Positions 25,354-36,143 of a DNA stretch of 47,888 bases are shown one piece after another; position 1 is the first letter of the stretch, and each line of letters begins with the position of its first letter. This DNA is from a virus (Duplodnaviria > Heunggongvirae > Uroviricota > Caudoviricetes), in the IMG/VR virus record IMGVR_UViG_2718218397_000005; one strand, 5' to 3'. The position numbers were made by a program, and so were the translations under genes. The notes beneath the pieces are model-generated. The model was not told the DNA's origin. It did not search any database and worked only from the letters and a program-made list of their open reading frames with translations.

Positions 25354-25827
25354 CTATCTGCACTGCTCATTAATATACGTCTGGGTTCCTTCCAGTTGTT
25401 TTTGCATAGTGATCAGCCTCTCTCTGAGGGTGAAATAATCCCGTTCAGCGGTGTCTGCCAGTCGGGGGGAGGCTGCATTATCCACGCCGGAGGCGGTGGT
25501 GGCTTCACGCACTGACTGACAGACTGCTTTGATGTGCAACCGACGACGACCAGCGGCAACATCATCACGCAGAGCATCATTTTCAGCTTTCGCATCAGCT
25601 AACTCCTTCGTGTATTTTGCATCGAGCGCAGCAACATCACGCTGACGCATCTGCATGTCAGTAATTGCCGCGTTCGCCAGCTTCAGTTCTCTGGCATTTT
25701 TGTCGCGCTGGGCTTTGTAGGTAATGGCGTTATCACGGTAATGATTAACAGCCCATGACAGGCAGACGATGATGCAGATAACCAGAGCGGAGATAATCGC
25801 GGTTACTCTGTTCATTGCTGACCCCAC
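25354..25827 (-). CDS. Rz: Spanin inner-membrane subunit Rz (i-spanin)
   Basis: 157-aa ORF with N-terminal TM segment ([20 protein letters not shown]) and coiled coil; lambda Rz-like. Confidence 0.85.
   Translation of the reverse strand: MGSAMNRVTAIISALVICIIVCLSWAVNHYRDNAITYKAQRDKNARELKLANAAITDMQMRQRDVAALDAKYTKELADAKAENDALRDDVAAGRRRLHIKAVCQSVREATTASGVDNAASPRLADTAERDYFTLRERLITMQKQLEGTQTYINEQCR
25413..25595 (-). CDS. Rz1: Spanin outer-membrane lipoprotein Rz1 (o-spanin), embedded in Rz in +1 frame
   Basis: 60-aa [27 protein letters not shown]...PPPPPAW... with lipobox and Pro-rich segment, fully nested in Rz. Confidence 0.8.
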   Translation of the reverse strand: MRKLKMMLCVMMLPLVVVGCTSKQSVSQCVKPPPPPAWIMQPPPDWQTPLNGIISPSERG

Positions 25828-26309
25828 AAACAGATTTCACGCTCAATCTCACGACGAGTCATGAGACCTTTCCATTGCTTACCGCCAGCATATGTCCAGC
25901 GACGTAGCTGATCACATGCGCCTTTGATATCGCCCTGGTTTATTTTGCGAAGAAGCGTCGATGTTCTGAAATTGCCAGCACCCACGTTGTAAACGAATGA
26001 GTAAAGAGCGCCGCGCGTTGTTTCCGGTATATCGACTTCGATGTACGGGTTAATTTGTCTGGCGACAGTGGCAAGGTCTTTATTCAAGAGTGCTTTGCAT
26101 TCTGCTTTGGTATACGTTTTACCGAGCATGATGTCTTTTCCTGTATGCCCGTGACATACAGTCCATACACCAACAATATCTTTGTATGGTATGTAGCTGA
26201 CACCTTCCAGACCATCGTTACCACTTGGGCCAGTGATTAACACTGATGCTATAGCAATTGCTCCGCCACCAATAGCAGCAGCAACGGCTTTTCGTAATGA
26301 TGGAGGCAT
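25812..26309 (-). CDS. R: SAR endolysin (phage 21 R-type lysozyme, T4-lysozyme-like fold)
   Basis: 165-aa ORF; N-terminal signal-anchor-release segment ([23 protein letters not shown]) then lysozyme domain (..[16 protein letters not shown]..); not the lambda R transglycosylase. Confidence 0.85.
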   Translation of the reverse strand: MPPSLRKAVAAAIGGGAIAIASVLITGPSGNDGLEGVSYIPYKDIVGVWTVCHGHTGKDIMLGKTYTKAECKALLNKDLATVARQINPYIEVDIPETTRGALYSFVYNVGAGNFRTSTLLRKINQGDIKGACDQLRRWTYAGGKQWKGLMTRREIEREICLWGQQ

Positions 26310-26524
26310 TATTCACCTCTCGCAGCCTTGCGCTTATCTTCTTTAATCTTGAAATAAAGGTTTGTCAGGTACGTCAGCAGGCCAAATACCAGGCTACCCA
26401 GCACACCTATTGCTGCCCACTGTGAGGGCGTGACTTTATCGAGCAGCTGTAAAAACCAGTAACCGGCACTACCTGCTGAGGTGCCATAGGCGACACCCGT
26501 TGTTAACTTATCCATGGATTTCAT
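26309..26524 (-). CDS. S: Pinholin S (phage 21 type) with dual-start motif
   Basis: ORF 26309-26569; probable start [30 protein letters not shown]... (71 aa) with Met1/Met4 dual start and two TM segments. Confidence 0.8.
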
Positions 26525-26651
26525 AACCCCACCTCGCAGACAAAGCGGGTGTAAATTGAGGGAATACAACGTATCGCAAAAAAGCAGAAACGTAACAGAC
26601 TCGGAGTCAGTGAATAACTCAGGTATTGGGTTATCAGCTAATATCGAGACT

Positions 26652-26682
26652 CAAAAAATGGAAAAACCCGCTCGACGGCGGG
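26652..26682 (-). terminator. Rho-independent terminator upstream of the lysis cassette (candidate tR'-like site)
   Basis: Stem CCCGC (26667-26671) / GCGGG (26678-26682); minus-strand transcript continues into TTTTTCCATTTTTTG. Confidence 0.55.
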
Positions 26683-27112
26683 TTTAAGCTGTGTGACGAA
26701 GTAACCACTCTTAACAGCATAACCAATTTTTTACGTACGTAAACCACTAAATGATATTTGCGAGAATGCTACCGAGTATTGAAAACACCACTACAAATAC
26801 ATAAGCAAATCTCAACAAATAACCAACAAATAATTTCCAGCGTTATTTTTAGCCGATTTAAATTGAACCTTCAAATTATAGAGCGCTTATAAATAACAGC
26901 CATTAATATAAATTGGCTAATAGATTTATTTTTATTCAGCCAAGAGCCATGAATAGGATTCGATAGAAAAAGTTCAGATAAAAATAGAGATCTACTTCAC
27001 AAATCAAATGAGAAACCAAAACTTACATCTTGAAATAATCACATTGATTAGATGAATATTTATCGCGCAGTGACATCATTTTTTAATAATAGTTCAAAAA
27101 AAAGGGCTCACG

Positions 27113-28195
27113 ATGAAAAAATTAACAGTGGCAATTTCTGCTGTAGCTGCATCAGTACTGATGGCGATGTCTGCTCAGGCAGCTGAAATTTATAATAAAG
27201 ACAGTAACAAGCTGGATCTGTACGGGAAAGTTAATGCTAAGCACTACTTCTCCTCTAATGATGCAGATGATGGTGATACTACTTATGCCCGTCTTGGCTT
27301 CAAAGGTGAAACCCAAATCAACGATCAACTGACTGGTTTCGGTCAGTGGGAATATGAATTCAAAGGCAACCGCGCTGAATCTCAAGGTTCCTCCAAAGAT
27401 AAAACCCGTCTTGCCTTCGCTGGCCTGAAATTCGGTGACTACGGCTCCATCGATTATGGCCGTAACTACGGTGTAGCATACGATATTGGTGCATGGACCG
27501 ACGTTCTGCCAGAATTCGGTGGCGATACCTGGACCCAAACAGATGTATTCATGACTGGTCGCACCACAGGTGTTGCAACTTATCGTAACAATGACTTCTT
27601 TGGTCTGGTTGATGGTCTGAACTTTGCTGCTCAGTATCAGGGTAAAAATGACCGTACTGACGTAACTCAAGCTAATGGTGATGGTTTCGGTTTCTCCACT
27701 ACTTATGAGTATGAAGGTTTCGGCGTAGGTGCAACCTATGCTAAATCTGACCGCACTAATAATCAGGTTATCTACGGTAACAACGGTCTGAATGCTTCTG
27801 GTCAAAATGCTGAAGTATGGGCAGCTGGTCTGAAATATGATGCGAACAACATCTATCTGGCCACCACCTATTCTGAAACCCAGAACATGACTGTTTTTGG
27901 TAATAACCATATTGCCAACAAAGCACAAAACTTCGAAGCTGTTGCACAATATCAGTTCGACTTCGGCCTGCGTCCATCCGTTGCTTACCTGCATTCTAAA
28001 GGAAAAGACTTGGGTGTTTGGGGTGATCAGGACCTGGTTGAATATGTTGATGTAGGTGCAACCTATTACTTCAACAAAAATATGTCCACTTTTGTTGACT
28101 ACAAAATCAACCTGATTGATAAGAGCGATTTCACGAAAGCATCTGGCGTTGCTACCGATGATATCGTTGCTGTAGGTATGGTTTACCAGTTCTAA
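27113..28195 (+). CDS. nmpC: Outer membrane porin, OmpC/OmpF family (phage-borne Lc/NmpC type)
   Basis: 360-aa ORF with signal peptide ([23 protein letters not shown]), porin motifs, C-terminal ..VAVGMVYQF; sits between Q and S on the opposite strand as in DLP12/PA-2. Confidence 0.85.
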   Translation: MKKLTVAISAVAASVLMAMSAQAAEIYNKDSNKLDLYGKVNAKHYFSSNDADDGDTTYARLGFKGETQINDQLTGFGQWEYEFKGNRAESQGSSKDKTRLAFAGLKFGDYGSIDYGRNYGVAYDIGAWTDVLPEFGGDTWTQTDVFMTGRTTGVATYRNNDFFGLVDGLNFAAQYQGKNDRTDVTQANGDGFGFSTTYEYEGFGVGATYAKSDRTNNQVIYGNNGLNASGQNAEVWAAGLKYDANNIYLATTYSETQNMTVFGNNHIANKAQNFEAVAQYQFDFGLRPSVAYLHSKGKDLGVWGDQDLVEYVDVGATYYFNKNMSTFVDYKINLIDKSDFTKASGVATDDIVAVGMVYQF

Positions 28196-28219
28196 TTTGA
28201 TTACTAAAAGATATGTTGT

Positions 28220-28236
28220 GGGAGGCTTTGCCTCCC
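28220..28236 (+). terminator. Stem-loop immediately downstream of the porin gene
   Basis: GGGAGGC TTT GCCTCCC, extended imperfectly to 28214-28242; no clear U-tract so factor-independence is uncertain. Confidence 0.4.
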
Positions 28237-28383
28237 CAACATATAAGTGGCTCCCTCAAGCCACTTCCTTTAGAAGCACAACCTTGCTTCTAACTATACA
28301 AACCTTCTGTTATATATTACCCTTTATTTTTGGGGGCGTTTCAACGCCCCATTTTTAATAACTTTTAGTAAATAATTGGCGTA

Positions 28384-28767
28384 TTAATTAGAGTTATTAA
28401 CAACGATATCCATCTCTAACCGGATATCTAATGCCATTAACATCCCTTCAATTATGCCCTCAGCCTTTTGTAACCTTTTCCCGATATAACCATCAGAGCA
28501 GCAATGCTTACCTGCCAGTGACATGAATGTCATACCGACTACATAATAATCTACTAATAAATCGTGCAAATCGCTGTTGTTCTTTTTCAGACGGGCCATG
28601 CACCCGCAAATGATCATCGCGTCATCGTCACAACATTGCGGGCGAGATTTTACTTTTGAAGGAATTAATCCCTTAAAACCGGCGGCAATGGACGACCAGG
28701 TCACATCTTCATGATTATTAGCCGCCCACGCTCCCCAACGCTCAAGAACCATCTGAATATCACGCAT
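28384..28767 (-). CDS. Q: Late-gene antiterminator Q (phage 21/DLP12 QuuD type)
   Basis: ORF 28384-28782; probable start [24 protein letters not shown]...; Cys-rich zinc-binding region ([16 protein letters not shown]...HCC). Confidence 0.8.
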   Translation of the reverse strand: MRDIQMVLERWGAWAANNHEDVTWSSIAAGFKGLIPSKVKSRPQCCDDDAMIICGCMARLKKNNSDLHDLLVDYYVVGMTFMSLAGKHCCSDGYIGKRLQKAEGIIEGMLMALDIRLEMDIVVNNSN

Positions 28768-28849
28768 CAACTTACTCCACAAAAATCAGACCAGAACGCC
28801 AATTACAAGCAAAAATCAATAAAACAGTATTAGTTGATTGTTATCTCTG

Positions 28850-28990
28850 GCTTCATACTCCTGCTCCTGTCAGGGTTTTGGCGTAATTCTTCAGTATTCG
28901 GTAATCGGTCAAAACAGAACCGGGGAAACGATATAAGCGCAGATGCCCCCAGCGGTGGCGAAGAAGTTCTGCCATATAAAACTCAAACAT
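28850..28990 (-). CDS. Small nin-region protein (YlcG-like)
   Basis: Manually translated 46-aa [48 protein letters not shown]; ATG overlaps rusA stop (ATGA coupling); below the ORF-track length cutoff. Confidence 0.45.
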
Positions 28991-29352
28991 CATTCATTCC
29001 CCATTTCGGTGATGGTCAGTTCCAGCCTCCCACCTTTGGTAACAGGCATCTTCACAACACGGTAATCAACGACCTGAGCATCATCCAGCCAGAAACCTGC
29101 TTTAGTGAGTGCGTCAAAAGCGGCTTTTTGCAGATTATCCAGGTCACGGCGACGGCGATCCGGCATGTGGCACTCAATGCGGATTTTCACAGGCATAGCC
29201 AGGCCGATATCCAGCATTGCGTTTTTAATGATTCGGGCGACGTTATCGCGGTATGCCTGCCCCTCTGCGCTGACGTGCGTGCGCCCGCGATTATGGCGGT
29301 AATAGCGATTATTGCTCGGAGGCCAGGGTAATGTGATGCTGTAGGTATTCAC
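28990..29352 (-). CDS. rusA: Holliday junction resolvase RusA
   Basis: 120-aa [40 protein letters not shown]...; RusA family; nin-region position. Confidence 0.9.
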   Translation of the reverse strand: MNTYSITLPWPPSNNRYYRHNRGRTHVSAEGQAYRDNVARIIKNAMLDIGLAMPVKIRIECHMPDRRRRDLDNLQKAAFDALTKAGFWLDDAQVVDYRVVKMPVTKGGRLELTITEMGNE

Positions 29353-29678
29353 GCCTTAATAACCCCCTCTTTCAGCCAGATAACCTGTGTTCTCGCCATA
29401 CCTTCCAGCGCGCATTCTTTTGCATATGCAGCATCGACAAAATGTGTGCGGCGGTCGATTTCGTCGTGGCAGGCAGAACATGCAATGGTGGCAATCAGGT
29501 CTGGCGGTTTGGTACCGGTGCCGCACAATCCAGTCAGCCGGATATGTGCCAGTACAGACGTTTCAGGGTTGCCATTACATACGCCAGGGATTCTTACCTG
29601 GCATTCCCGACTACGCGCTGCTTTTCTCAAATCAGCCATGATTCCTCCTTGCTGCCAGTCGCAACCATTTTTTATCAA
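29349..29678 (-). CDS. Nin-region protein, YbcO-like (DUF1364), Cys-rich
   Basis: 109-aa ORF with Cys/His cluster (..[31 protein letters not shown]..); start overlaps rusA; true start may be internal Met14. Confidence 0.7.
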   Translation of the reverse strand: MIKNGCDWQQGGIMADLRKAARSRECQVRIPGVCNGNPETSVLAHIRLTGLCGTGTKPPDLIATIACSACHDEIDRRTHFVDAAYAKECALEGMARTQVIWLKEGVIKA

Positions 29679-29743
29679 CCAGGCTGGCGGTATATCCGAG
29701 CAGTGTTGGTATTTCGGAAGGCTTCAGCTCCGGTTTACGCTTA

Positions 29744-31048
<1,305 letters not shown>

Positions 31049-31063
31049 CCACTACAGTAGCCA

Positions 31064-31519
31064 TTACGCCTCCTGCTTGTCGCGGAGCAGCTGGAACTCG
31101 CAGCTCTGCGGAATAGTCAGGTGGCAGCCAATATTCACCGCCCAGGCTTCAACCTTACACAGGAAGACATACATCTCTCCGGTATCAAGATCGGAGGTAT
31201 GGCGTAACGACTGGATAGTGGTGATATCACCGGTTACGACATCAACCAGGTCTTTGGTTTCATAACCGAGATATGTGTGTTTGAGAGCATCTTTTACCCA
31301 AGCTGGAGTAGCGAACGTTTTACCCCTGCTGATGAGGTATTCACTGATTTCGCTGTACCACATGTGGCTGAGTGCATTCTGGGAAAGACTGCGTTTCTCA
31401 CGCCACGGTTTAAGCACCATGCGAAAGCATTTGCCCTCCTCCAGATAAGGCTGGATCTGCCGACCGATAGCGGTGAAGTTACCGCGATGTAATTTGATGC
31501 CATCTTGTGGGAGATTCAC
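31064..31519 (-). CDS. ybcN: Nin-region protein YbcN-like
   Basis: 151-aa ORF (GTG start) [55 protein letters not shown]... Confidence 0.75.
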   Translation of the reverse strand: MNLPQDGIKLHRGNFTAIGRQIQPYLEEGKCFRMVLKPWREKRSLSQNALSHMWYSEISEYLISRGKTFATPAWVKDALKHTYLGYETKDLVDVVTGDITTIQSLRHTSDLDTGEMYVFLCKVEAWAVNIGCHLTIPQSCEFQLLRDKQEA

Positions 31520-31706
31520 GCTTCACCTCCGCAGAGGTCAAACGCTGGATACAATATATCGCAGGTGCATTTCTGCATCTGTGGAGGGAGAAGAGAGTTT
31601 GGATTGTGTGTGCGCATAAACGTCCCCGTTTAGCGCAGAAGTCACCGGAGTTGTTCAGGCTCCGATGACATGATTATGGCGAGTTGATTATCGCAAATCA
31701 AAGGTT

Positions 31707-32063
31707 TTAATTGTGCTTTATTCCTTCAAGCGTTGCCTTCATACCAACCAAAGAAATGTTTAGCTCTCCAACTTTCTCAGGGCTATATAATTCAGAATGA
31801 AGCCAATATTCTGATTTATCTAAACATCTTTTAGCCAGCTCTCGATCAAAGTCTACGACTTGGGAAGACGCTTCATACCAAAGCCTATAAAGTTTTTCTT
31901 CTTCGTTTGGGTTATTAGGCTCACCACGTTTTAATTTTTCAGTATATAAAATTGTTGAATAAATCGCAGGAGTTAATCCAGTGATTGCCCTCTGCCGCAG
32001 ATCGGATTTGTTTGTTATCCACCCCAACAGACGATCTCCCATCCATGTGATAATTGTATCCAT
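31707..32063 (-). CDS. Hypothetical protein, no recognisable family (accessory)
   Basis: 118-aa ORF MDTIITWMGDRLLGWITNKSDLRQRAITGLTPAIYSTILYTEK...; AT-rich codon usage unlike neighbouring phage core genes. Confidence 0.5.
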   Translation of the reverse strand: MDTIITWMGDRLLGWITNKSDLRQRAITGLTPAIYSTILYTEKLKRGEPNNPNEEEKLYRLWYEASSQVVDFDRELAKRCLDKSEYWLHSELYSPEKVGELNISLVGMKATLEGIKHN

Positions 32064-32524
32064 GCTTTAGCCCTTCTTAGTAAATAGTGTGTAGGGCGAC
32101 TGAAGGACCGAGTTTATGCTTTTTCGCATTGCTTTCAGTTAGTACACCGGTATCGCACCGGAAACAATCCTACGGCAAATTGGTTGTCTGACCTCTCGGT
32201 TTTTCGTGCATTAACCGATACCCACTACAGTCTCGGCGAAAGCTGCACACCCCCAGGGTGTACTGGTAGCACTCGGCACAGCCTAGCACGCCACTTTCTT
32301 CTCACTATCCAGTCTAATTTTATCCCCTAGTCAGACACTCAGATGTAGTGCTCCGCAGCGGCATGCGGGGGAATACAAAAACTCGGACAAAATTGGGCCC
32401 TCCTTTTTGAATCACTCGCGGGGATGTAGTTATTAATACATGGAAAAAGATCTGTTTTCAAATCCAACATTATATGGTTTCAATACCACGGGGTGGCTAT
32501 GTGTTTCTCATTGTTAATTGGAAT

Positions 32525-32848
32525 CTACTGTAATCGATCCGAACGTAAATGCGGCAAAACTCGACTCCACTTATCATCCTGCCACGGCCGGAATTTTACA
32601 TGTGCCGTTTCTCTGGCAAGGATTGCCTGTGCCTTATTGAGTATCTGGGGATATTCTTGCTCGATAGAAGTGAAGCGACCAGCTTCACGATGCTCCGCAA
32701 CCTGAAGAAGAGGAGTAACGTTCTGGTAGGTAATTAACATCACATTCCCTGCTCGCCATAACCAGGCGAGTGTGCAAAGTTCGTTATCAGTGAATTGTTT
32801 TGTGATTGGGTATTGTTGAACTGCTAGAACGAGAACGCCAGCATCCAT
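32525..32848 (-). CDS. Hypothetical protein, no recognisable family (accessory)
   Basis: 107-aa ORF MDAGVLVLAVQQYPITKQFTDNELCTLAWLWRAGNVMLITYQNV...; possible -10 TATAAT upstream on the minus strand. Confidence 0.5.
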   Translation of the reverse strand: MDAGVLVLAVQQYPITKQFTDNELCTLAWLWRAGNVMLITYQNVTPLLQVAEHREAGRFTSIEQEYPQILNKAQAILARETAHVKFRPWQDDKWSRVLPHLRSDRLQ

Positions 32849-32959
32849 TGGCAGTCTCTATAGTAAAACCATAGCTCAGGACGCTTCGTTCAGGATAGAT
32901 AATTTTATTGTACTTACCTAACTTTCTTATTATAGCACGGTTGAAAAAGTGATTATTAC

Positions 32960-34486
32960 TCAAAAATAAACCTCACCATCAACCATATATTTGAGAGTAC
33001 TTATCGCCTGCTGGGCGGATATTGTTTTCATTAAAGGATAGTGTTTAAAAACAATGCCATTCATAAAATAGATATCACAGGTTTTATTATCTGTATTGAT
33101 TATGATTTTTTCGAATGTTTTATAGGCAAGTGTACGACATAGCTCTCGCCCATTTTTACTGGTTAAGTCAATAGCATGAAAATCACCAAGTGAACTCACC
33201 GCTTTACTCTTCAAAGTTTTTAATGATACAGAAGCCCTTCGTAATTCCTTATCTAATACTCTGATTTTTTCTGCTATAGCGGTAACTTCAGGCGCAACAG
33301 ATAATGCAGCAATTAAATTATTAATTTTCATCTGGAGCTCAATAATTTTCAACTCTAAAGTTTCATTAGCATCTTTCTTGTTTTCAACTGGTTGGATTTT
33401 ACTACAATTAAAAAGCAACTCATTAATGATATTATAATCAACCAAATCTCTCTTTATTGATGGCCTGTCACATCGATGCAGTCTTCTCATCGGACAAACA
33501 TAATAGCCATGCAAACTTCCAGATACCGCATGAACAATCATGGTATTACCACAAGCCTCGCACTTCATAACTGTTCGAAGTAGATTTATCAACATAGGAT
33601 TTTTGCTACTATTGCTAATACCAAAAGGTGCCAACCGAATTTCCTGTACAGCGTAAAACAAATCATCTGATATGACTCTGGGATAATAGCCAGCGATTTC
33701 ACTTATTCCTTTACCTCTTGCACGATATGAAGGTACGCATATACCTATCAGAGCTTTATTCGCTAATAATTTTTCAATTACAGAAGGTCCCCATGCACTT
33801 TCTTTTCCTGAGAAATTCTTTACAGCATGATCATTTAAATACTTGGCTATTGCATTCAATGAGCGCCTTTCCATCCTGAGTTTAAAAATTAGCTCAATAG
33901 TTTTCACCCTGTCGGGGTCTGGAACAAAAGCCGTTCTTTTGTCATCTAAGGAGAGCCATCTCGGACAAGACGCCGTCATAATCGTACCTGATTCCAGTGC
34001 ATCCTGCCGTTTTTTCTTCCATGATAATTTAACCCGACTTGACTTTATCTCGCTTTCTTCATTTGCCCTTTGTGCTATAAGTATGGCTTTTATTAATGAA
34101 TATGGCTCATTCAAAGAGTCAATATTATAGACTGTATTGTCGCAAAGAGTTATAACATCAATACCGTGATTCAAAATCAATTTCAGACGTTCAATCGCTT
34201 CACCGACTTTTTCTCTTGAAAGTCTGTCCAGACTTTCAACTAACAATGTAGTTCCTGGCAATATATAACCATGCTCTATAGCATCTAAAAATTCCGAAAA
34301 AGCTCCTGATTGTGCATGCTTTCCTTTGAATGCACTTAATCCTAAATCTTCATATGTTATGGTATCAAGATAATAATCACTATTTACCTTTAACCATTCA
34401 GCAATAAGTCTTCTCTGTCGGTTTAATGAGTCGCCAGACATCTGACCTGGTGATGAAAATCGCATATATGCTATGGCTTTTTTCAT
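32960..34486 (-). CDS. ybcK: Large serine recombinase (YbcK-like)
   Basis: 508-aa ORF; N-terminal resolvase catalytic domain (AIAYMRFSSPGQ..), recombinase domain, zinc-ribbon (CEACGNTMIVH...YYVCPMRRLHRCDRP), C-terminal coiled coil; AT-rich. Confidence 0.8.
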   Translation of the reverse strand: MKKAIAYMRFSSPGQMSGDSLNRQRRLIAEWLKVNSDYYLDTITYEDLGLSAFKGKHAQSGAFSEFLDAIEHGYILPGTTLLVESLDRLSREKVGEAIERLKLILNHGIDVITLCDNTVYNIDSLNEPYSLIKAILIAQRANEESEIKSSRVKLSWKKKRQDALESGTIMTASCPRWLSLDDKRTAFVPDPDRVKTIELIFKLRMERRSLNAIAKYLNDHAVKNFSGKESAWGPSVIEKLLANKALIGICVPSYRARGKGISEIAGYYPRVISDDLFYAVQEIRLAPFGISNSSKNPMLINLLRTVMKCEACGNTMIVHAVSGSLHGYYVCPMRRLHRCDRPSIKRDLVDYNIINELLFNCSKIQPVENKKDANETLELKIIELQMKINNLIAALSVAPEVTAIAEKIRVLDKELRRASVSLKTLKSKAVSSLGDFHAIDLTSKNGRELCRTLAYKTFEKIIINTDNKTCDIYFMNGIVFKHYPLMKTISAQQAISTLKYMVDGEVYF

Positions 34487-34680
34487 GGTGACACCTGCTA
34501 ACGTATGCTTTTATAAACCTTAGTGGTGGGATATAATTTTTGTTTAATTTTTATTTAAAAAGACAATTAAGGTCACATTATCTTGAATATACAACAATAA
34601 TCGTATTGCAATTTTCTTACGCCATAATCTTGAAAGCACAAAAGAATACATAAAAAAATAAAGACATTAACAAAAAGCAT

Positions 34681-34711
34681 AAAACGAGGCTCATATAAAT
34701 ATAAGAGCCTC
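34681..34711 (-). terminator. Rho-independent terminator downstream of emrE
   Basis: Stem GAGGCTC (34686-34692) / GAGCCTC (34705-34711), AT-rich loop, followed on the minus strand by GTTTT. Confidence 0.55.
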
Positions 34712-34742
34712 CATATTTTAGTCGTTTAGAAACAAATTATTT

Positions 34743-35075
34743 TTAATGTGGTGTGCTTCGTGACAATAAATTAATAACCAACACACCGGCACAAATCAAC
34801 ATCATGCCTATAATGGCTGGCAGGTCCAGCCGTTGGCCGAAAAGTCCCCATGACAGTAAGCTAATCAGGACAATACCGACTCCTGACCAGATAGCATAAG
34901 CAATCCCTGTAGGAATATAAGCCAGCGTCTGAGCTAATAACCAGAATGATGCACAATAACAAATAATTGTACCAACAGATGGCCATAACCGTGTAAAACC
35001 TTCTGAAAACTTCATTAAGGTTGTACCAATGACCTCTGCAAGTATTGCACCACCAAGATAAATATAAGGGTTCAT
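34743..35075 (-). CDS. emrE: Small multidrug resistance (SMR) efflux transporter EmrE
   Basis: ORF 34743-35129; probable start MNPYIYLGGAILAEVIGTTLMKFSEGFTRLWPS... (110 aa), four TM helices, conserved Glu14. Confidence 0.9.
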   Translation of the reverse strand: MNPYIYLGGAILAEVIGTTLMKFSEGFTRLWPSVGTIICYCASFWLLAQTLAYIPTGIAYAIWSGVGIVLISLLSWGLFGQRLDLPAIIGMMLICAGVLVINLLSRSTPH

Positions 35076-35142
35076 AGAATATTCTTTCCTGTTCAAACTG
35101 GAGAGAATTGTACTACAGTTTGAACTCAACTCACCTGTTTCA

Positions 35143-35445
35143 TCATTGTGTACCCATTGATGTTCTTTTATATACCCTCAATACCCGTTTCATCGCGGCA
35201 CTCTGGCGACACTCCTTAAAAATCAGATTCGTGCTCACCTTTCCTTCCCGTTCTTCTCTGGTAGCAAACCGGTAATACACCGTTCGCCAGACCTTACCTT
35301 CGATAACCAGAAGACCTGCCCGTGCCATTTTAGCCGCAGCCTGATTTATGCTGGTTACCGTTGCGCCTGTTACCGCGGCAACGTCCTGCGCACAGAATTT
35401 CTTATGAGTCCCCAGGTAATGAATAATTGCCTCTTTGCCCGTCAT
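35143..35445 (-). CDS. ren: Ren protein (Rex exclusion-related)
   Basis: 100-aa ORF MTGKEAIIHYLGTHKKFCAQDVAAVTGATVTSINQAAAKMARAGLLVIEGKVWRT..., lambda Ren-like. Confidence 0.85.
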   Translation of the reverse strand: MTGKEAIIHYLGTHKKFCAQDVAAVTGATVTSINQAAAKMARAGLLVIEGKVWRTVYYRFATREEREGKVSTNLIFKECRQSAAMKRVLRVYKRTSMGTQ

Positions 35446-36143
35446 ACCCTTGCTCCTTTCAGCCCAAACTTAGCTTTGATTTCTGCGATCTTCGCCAGAG
35501 CCTGTGCACGATTTAGAGGTCTACCGCCCATGACAGGAAGTTGTTTTACTGGTTCAGGTATAGCCTCACCACGGTTAATTCGTGCGGTCATACAGGACAG
35601 TTCATCGGCAGCCTTGCGCCGTAATTCCGCGTCAGTCAACGCATTGGCCCGCATGTTCTGATACAGGTTGGTAACCAGCCAGTAGTGCGCGTTTGATTTC
35701 CACGGATAAGACTCTGCATCCGGATACAGCCCGCGCTTCCGGCAATACTCGTAAACCATATCAACCAGCTCGCTGGCGTTTGGCAGCCCGGCGGTAACGG
35801 ATGCTTCTTCCCGGCACCAGGCGACAAACTGCCCGGGTGATGGCAGGAATGGTCGATTCTGCCGACGGGCTACGCGCATTCCAGCGTTAACCTGTTCCAT
35901 TGTGGTGATCCCGTTTTCCCGGAAAGCCAGCACCCACTGGCGGCGGATTTCGTTCAGTTCATTCTGGTCACGGTTAGCCAGGCTCGCCGGGAAAGTTGCC
36001 AGTAACTGGCTGAACACACCATTGATGATCTGCGCTACCTGTTGTACCTGCGGCTTTTCGTCGTACTGTTCCGGCATGTTGTTGGCGATCCGGCGCATCT
36101 GCTCACGGTCAAAGTTAACCATCTGTGCGGCGATGTTTTTCAT
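35442..36143 (-). CDS. P: Replication protein P (DnaB helicase loader)
   Basis: 233-aa ORF MKNIAAQMVNFDREQMRRIANNMPEQYDEKPQVQQVAQIING..., lambda gpP-like. Confidence 0.9.
   Translation of the reverse strand: MKNIAAQMVNFDREQMRRIANNMPEQYDEKPQVQQVAQIINGVFSQLLATFPASLANRDQNELNEIRRQWVLAFRENGITTMEQVNAGMRVARRQNRPFLPSPGQFVAWCREEASVTAGLPNASELVDMVYEYCRKRGLYPDAESYPWKSNAHYWLVTNLYQNMRANALTDAELRRKAADELSCMTARINRGEAIPEPVKQLPVMGGRPLNRAQALAKIAEIKAKFGLKGARV

Noticed and set aside
27152-27994. 280-aa minus-strand ORF overlapping the porin gene
   Set aside because: Antisense to a porin ORF with clear signal peptide and C-terminal Phe; no RBS; product lacks recognisable features.
28834-29331. 165-aa plus-strand ORF overlapping rusA and the small nin ORF
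   Set aside because: Antisense to RusA, which is the recognisable gene; no independent support.
32064-32524. Retron msr/msd, type III toxin-antitoxin repeats, tRNA or tmRNA in the ORF-free segment
   Set aside because: No adjacent reverse transcriptase, no tandem direct repeats, no T-loop GTTCGAATC-like motif or CCA-ended acceptor stem; kept as an unexplained finding, not a named RNA class.
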